64,000 bases of DNA from assembly GCA_028682915.1 (NCBI GenBank), contig JAJRAN010000055.1, positions 318 through 64,317 on the forward strand. The letters run 5' to 3'. Below, one piece after another: positions 61,301 through 64,000 of the stretch; the stretch's first letter is position 1; each line of letters starts with the position of its first letter. Below the pieces are notes generated by a model. The model worked only from the letters and a program-made list of their open reading frames with translations. It was not told the DNA's origin and made no database searches. The DNA is from Methanomassiliicoccales archaeon (GTDB lineage Archaea > Thermoplasmatota > Thermoplasmata > Methanomassiliicoccales > UBA472). Position numbers and translations under genes: made by a program.

Positions 61301-64000
61301 TATCTTGGCGCTTCCAGAGGCGTAGATCCAGATAGCCCTAGTCGAGCTTAGCGTTGCCGCCGACATATCCAACGCGCCGTTGTCCTGGACGAATATCTGG
61401 AACTCGTAGTCGTAGGCCTGGTTGATCGTCAGCCCCGCGTCTTGCAACTTCAGGGTGCCGCTATCGGTTATGATTATGCGGCCGCGATGGGTGAAGGACG
61501 TTCCTTCGAGCGTCACCACGTTCGTTCCGTCGATGATCAGGTCCCAGCCACTGAGGGGCACGACCCCGTTCAAAGCTATCGTGATCTGGGGATCGTTGAT
61601 CGTCAGTGGGTTTGAATAAGGCTGCAATGAGACTGGGGTGTTGTCCGCGTAGTAGTTCGTGCCAATGAACGAATAGGTGCAGTTCAGTAGATATGTTCCA
61701 TAGTAGACCGAGCCGCCTGCGCTGATGATGTCGCACAGAGCATCGAAGCTAACCTTACCAGAGATGTCGGAGGTCGCTGTCCTGACTACCGTACCGTTCA
61801 CGTACCACCTGAGCTGGACCGATGCACCAGCGATGACGTTGTTGGCATCGTCGGTAACGGTCACATCGATGGTCCGGTAATGATAGATCCTAGCGGTCTC
61901 TTTCGCGCTCATCGAAGGGATGGAGACGCTGTACATCATTGCCCTGGCATTTCCTCCGAATGACGAAAGGGCCTTGCTGAAGCTAGAGTCCCTCGCGGTC
62001 AGAGACGCGGAGGAACTGGTCGGCGCCACGATTTCGGCTCCAATCGACGAGGTATCGATGCTCAAGGAGCTAGTACCGTCCAATTTGATGTTGACCTGCT
62101 CGGATAGCACTGAGTCGTTCACCCATACCTTTGCACCTTCGTTGAGGTACATCCAGACGGAATTGCTTGAGGTCAGCGTGGCATCCTCGAGGATTATCCT
62201 GCCATTATCCATCACGTAGACCTGGAATTGGTTGTCGTAGTCTTGGTCGATGGTGAATATGGCGTTCTCGATCTTCAGCGTACCTTGGTCCATTACGATT
62301 ATTCGTCCGCGATGGTTGAAGTTGGTCCCGCTGTAGACCAAAACGTTGTTGTCGTCGACCACCAGATCGGTGCTTTGAATCGCCAGGTCAACGACAATCG
62401 ACCTGCTTGCCAGGTTGTTGCTGTACGAATATTCTTGCGGGCTCCTCTCCTTGTTCACATAGACGTAGATGTTGTAGGTCCCGATGTCGGTCGGCGTCCA
62501 TACGAACGTGGTGGTATTGGCCGTCGCTTGAGCGATGTTCATCATCGTGGAGCCTATTAACTGCCCACTTGTCGTCGGGTCCCCGATGTAGAAGGAGACG
62601 GTGACATTCACCGCATCGGCCCTCCCAAGGATGTTCGAGACCACGACGGTGGTCGTTACTGGAGACCCAGAGTAGGCGGGCTGTGGCACGAAGCTGATGT
62701 CGCCGGTGACCACCGAGAGCTCTGGTAGGTTGGCAAGAACATTGACCTGTAGAGACCTGTCGTTGTTGTTCTCGTTGCCCTCCTGTATGGCATTCTTGGG
62801 GTCCGCCTTGGCGGCAAATGTATGCAATCCGGCCGGGGTCGCCGTCCAAGTGAATTGCACCTCGACGGTCGAGCCAGGCCCAACGAATGCGACTGTCTGC
62901 TCAGAGGTCCAGCCGCTCATTGAGTCGGTCACGTTGATCACGACGTTCGTGGCCCCGGTCAGAGCCTGGTTGCGAACGAAGACCGATATGACGGCTGAAT
63001 CCCCGACATAGATTATTGCTGGGTTTACAGACATCGAGCTTATCAGAAGATCTGGCTTGTCCAGATAGAGCCCGGGCATGCTGAAATTGACCAGTTGGGT
63101 TTGGTTTTCCTGAGAGATGTCAGGATAGACATCGAAGGCGACAGTGCCTGTTCCAGTGAACAGGATATTGCTCACATTCGTGTACTCATAACTAAGAGAG
63201 TAACCCAAGAGCGCCTGCATGTTCGGCTGCTGGCTGGTGGAGTTCAGGAGCTCGGAGAGAAGGGGCAGCCTCACAGAGCCGGAGTCGTTGGTCATCATGT
63301 AGTCTGCCGAGCTCTTTCCGAGATAGCTGAGCACATCGCTTGGCGGAACCGCTTGAATTCCAGTTGAGGTGTAATAATAGGCGGCAGCTCCACCTGCCAA
63401 TAGGCTCGCGTTTACGTATGCGCCGCCAACCGGTAGTCCCTGCTGGTCGACCGCACTCACATCAGCCCATCTATAAACGTAAACAGCCGGTCCAGTTTGA
63501 ATAATAACTGAGATTTTATCGAACTGAACTGATTGTGTCCGTGGGTTCTGGAATTTAATCTTGAGACTGTTCAACGCGGTAATGTCTTTCACACCAGCGC
63601 TGTATAAATCAAAATTGAATGTGTCTGGGGTGGCACCATTATAATATGGCTGAATTGAAGTATTTTGCAGAGCACTCCATGAAGATCCCCATTGAACATA
63701 TGGCCCCGCTACATACCCTAATGCAGTTCTGACAGACACACGAAGGGTCGCGCTTGTGATTGGTCCTGTCAGTTCTCCAACGTTGAAGTTCTCAATAGCC
63801 AACACTTGGTTCAGGCCCACAGTATAATATGAACCATCTACAGATCTAAGACTGGAAATCGGGGCGCCAGTGGTATCGATTGCGTTCTTTGTGACTGGAA
63901 CCACACTCTCCGAAATACCGCTGATGAAATAGGCGGGGACCCTGTCTACCGCCGCGGTTTCCTCTGCGGTGTCGGCGTATACGCCATATAGATATGCTTT
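58301..64000 (-). CDS. Giant surface protein (more than 1,899 aa, 5'-partial): CARDB arrays, duplicated beta-helix-like module, one TM helix, cytoplasmic triple zinc-ribbon tail
   Basis: The track gives 1867 aa from GTG 63904. I translated 63905..64000 in frame (KAYLYGVYADTAEETAAVDRVPAYFISGISES) and found no stop, so the ORF is open to the window edge. At least six CARDB-like units are present (PDL/AEL...V.V.N.G...A..V.V). The TM helix IPIWVWILIIVVVLLVIIAFSFYLY is at 58934..59008. Three CxxC-x10-CxxC ribbons are at 58475..58906. N-x-S/T sequons are numerous. Confidence 0.85.
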   Translation of the reverse strand, partial: KAYLYGVYADTAEETAAVDRVPAYFISGISESVVPVTKNAIDTTGAPISSLRSVDGSYYTVGLNQVLAIENFNVGELTGPITSATLRVSVRTALGYVAGPYVQWGSSWSALQNTSIQPYYNGATPDTFNFDLYSAGVKDITALNSLKIKFQNPRTQSVQFDKISVIIQTGPAVYVYRWADVSAVDQQGLPVGGAYVNASLLAGGAAAYYYTSTGIQAVPPSDVLSYLGKSSADYMMTNDSGSVRLPLLSELLNSTSQQPNMQALLGYSLSYEYTNVSNILFTGTGTVAFDVYPDISQENQTQLVNFSMPGLYLDKPDLLISSMSVNPAIIYVGDSAVISVFVRNQALTGATNVVINVTDSMSGWTSEQTVAFVGPGSTVEVQFTWTATPAGLHTFAAKADPKNAIQEGNENNNDRSLQVNVLANLPELSVVTGDISFVPQPAYSGSPVTTTVVVSNILGRADAVNVTVSFYIGDPTTSGQLIGSTMMNIAQATANTTTFVWTPTDIGTYNIYVYVNKERSPQEYSYSNNLASRSIVVDLAIQSTDLVVDDNNVLVYSGTNFNHRGRIIVMDQGTLKIENAIFTIDQDYDNQFQVYVMDNGRIILEDATLTSSNSVWMYLNEGAKVWVNDSVLSEQVNIKLDGTSSLSIDTSSIGAEIVAPTSSSASLTARDSSFSKALSSFGGNARAMMYSVSIPSMSAKETARIYHYRTIDVTVTDDANNVIAGASVQLRWYVNGTVVRTATSDISGKVSFDALCDIISAGGSVYYGTYLLNCTYSFIGTNYYADNTPVSLQPYSNPLTINDPQITIALNGVVPLSGWDLIIDGTNVVTLEGTSFTHRGRIIITDSGTLKLQDAGLTINQAYDYEFQIFVQDNGALDMSAATLSSTRAIWIYASGSAKITVDSSTIYSAVRISLADSSALVLKNSTIGSDIVAPSGSLATLKAYNTTFQTAWSSFGGSARAYLYGVTIPALRPIEGAVVYNFCWVEVLVQDGNRYPIPNTVVQMRYYLNGTLFGTMKTGANGKALFAALCDRIDASNNNFLGNYRINASYWYGGVAYQTISPMSVSLPAYSEPLIDEIASRTLSIPGALPDLDPPLYASNSNPYREDNVTLTTYVRNSGVVDANSVLVRFKDGSTTIADVMVEKIAPGATATVKAVWQASYPLGQHNISVIVDPENAIKELNENDNTNWTLITVRGIAELYVSTSDVTVVPTTPTTNSTASVTLIVHNSGDIAANNVNVSFVDIKPSGSQVLLGYRIISTIPALGGTGTASLTWVPNIPGNHNLLIKVNVGVPPISEHTTSNNNVTLPVTVLNYADLTPSGVTFTPSTAIYINDQVSVNAAITNIGQTGAANVVVNFWEGAVGTGNLFDTQMIASIAAGQTVVAYGTWNVLPAAGGKIQTRTITIDVNPARTIVETNYNNNRLVQTTDVVDNRPDLMFVGGMNVTSGSLDVSEAVVGESLVLRVSVINDGYTPAMSVKIRFDAIDTDSFVINIGTVSRDLDANQTIVVEMPWVVNVTNGNYTLRCTLDSVFAIEETNENNNALSRDFVVNPPQPATTISTDRSWYNPDMEVYVYGRVTNALTNDPLVNVKVVVTLVVAQTNAQIGDNVTVYTNSNGEYSASRLIPSNASPNYYAMEVQVMPGDRVVTQYSTPFEVRALTTETEIPIWVWILIIVVVLLVIIAFSFYLYKYQLGRLVECGECGALIPESSKKCPKCGVEFETGTAKCSQCGAWIPASSSECPECGAKFVTEPLAEEESEYIRKMREQYEAYANPYREQAKQALGKKYSEAKFQEWWKKQPSYISFEKWLSQEEDKRKAAGSAFPCPVCGTPNPRGANICGKCGTVFDKTMMPEAGATAAEPSKPTRRIVKRPADKKAVSKKEEGGEQPSEPAPEEPKNQ
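60776..62368 (-). repeat. Intragenic tandem duplication of a ~255-aa module inside the giant surface protein
   Basis: Copy 1 covers aa 513-767 (61604..62368) and copy 2 covers aa 788-1043 (60776..61543). They are collinear: DLVVDDNNVLVYSGTNFNHRGRIIVMDQGTLKIENA.../DLIIDGTNVVTLEGTSFTHRGRIIITDSGTLKLQDA... through ...SFGGNARAMMYSVSIP/SFGGSARAYLYGVTIP to ...SLQPYSNPL/SLPAYSEPL. Confidence 0.8.

Noticed and set aside
1-64000. Looked for CRISPR arrays, rRNA, transposases/integrases, prophage genes and in-frame TAG read-through (pyrrolysine) gene pairs
   Set aside because: No spaced direct-repeat arrays, rRNA-like conserved stretches or mobile-element genes were seen. TAG is used as an ordinary stop (for example at 11070..11072 and 23966..23968). 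No same-frame ORF pairs split by a TAG were found.

Overview
This is a 64 kb window of compact, high-GC (roughly 55-60% by eye) chromosome that reads as archaeal, most likely a Thermoplasmata-like euryarchaeon. The taxonomic call is inference. The archaeal signals are deoxyhypusine synthase, FtsZ, FlaI/FlaJ-type filament genes with a class-III signal-peptide pilin-like protein, and a CxxC-x17-CxxC zinc-ribbon miniprotein. Further signals are a tRNA without encoded CCA, TATA-box-like promoters, oligo-T terminators and GGAGGTGA-type ribosome-binding sites. Most genes are housekeeping or generic: ABC-2 exporter, MFS and DASS transporters, PurM, RlmE, ExoIII, Lhr-type helicase, Lon-like protease, SDR, VOC, GNAT, Usp, pirin. 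I found one RNA gene, tRNA-Phe(GAA), and no rRNA, CRISPR array or transposase/integrase. Four loci stand out. (1) A tightly coupled six-gene Hyf/formate-hydrogenlyase-type membrane complex (30117-37730, minus strand). Its hydrogenase-like large subunit has lost all four [NiFe]-ligating cysteines, and its FeS subunits are fused. No hyp/hycI/fdhF genes lie nearby, but an HdrD-like CCG-domain protein is encoded divergently. (2) A type-IV-filament locus (51.3-57.7 kb) with a pilin-like gene, two paralogous FlaI-like ATPases and a platform protein split into two genes. (3) A surface protein of more than 1,899 aa (58301 to the window edge). It has CARDB arrays, an internal ~255-aa tandem duplication, one transmembrane helix and a cytoplasmic tail carrying three zinc ribbons. 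(4) A ~400-aa coiled coil fused to a KaiC/RecA-like domain with degenerate Walker motifs. Many long antisense ORFs in the supplied track are GC-driven artefacts and were rejected. Several start codons were re-assigned from RBS, TATA or overlap evidence and remain uncertain.
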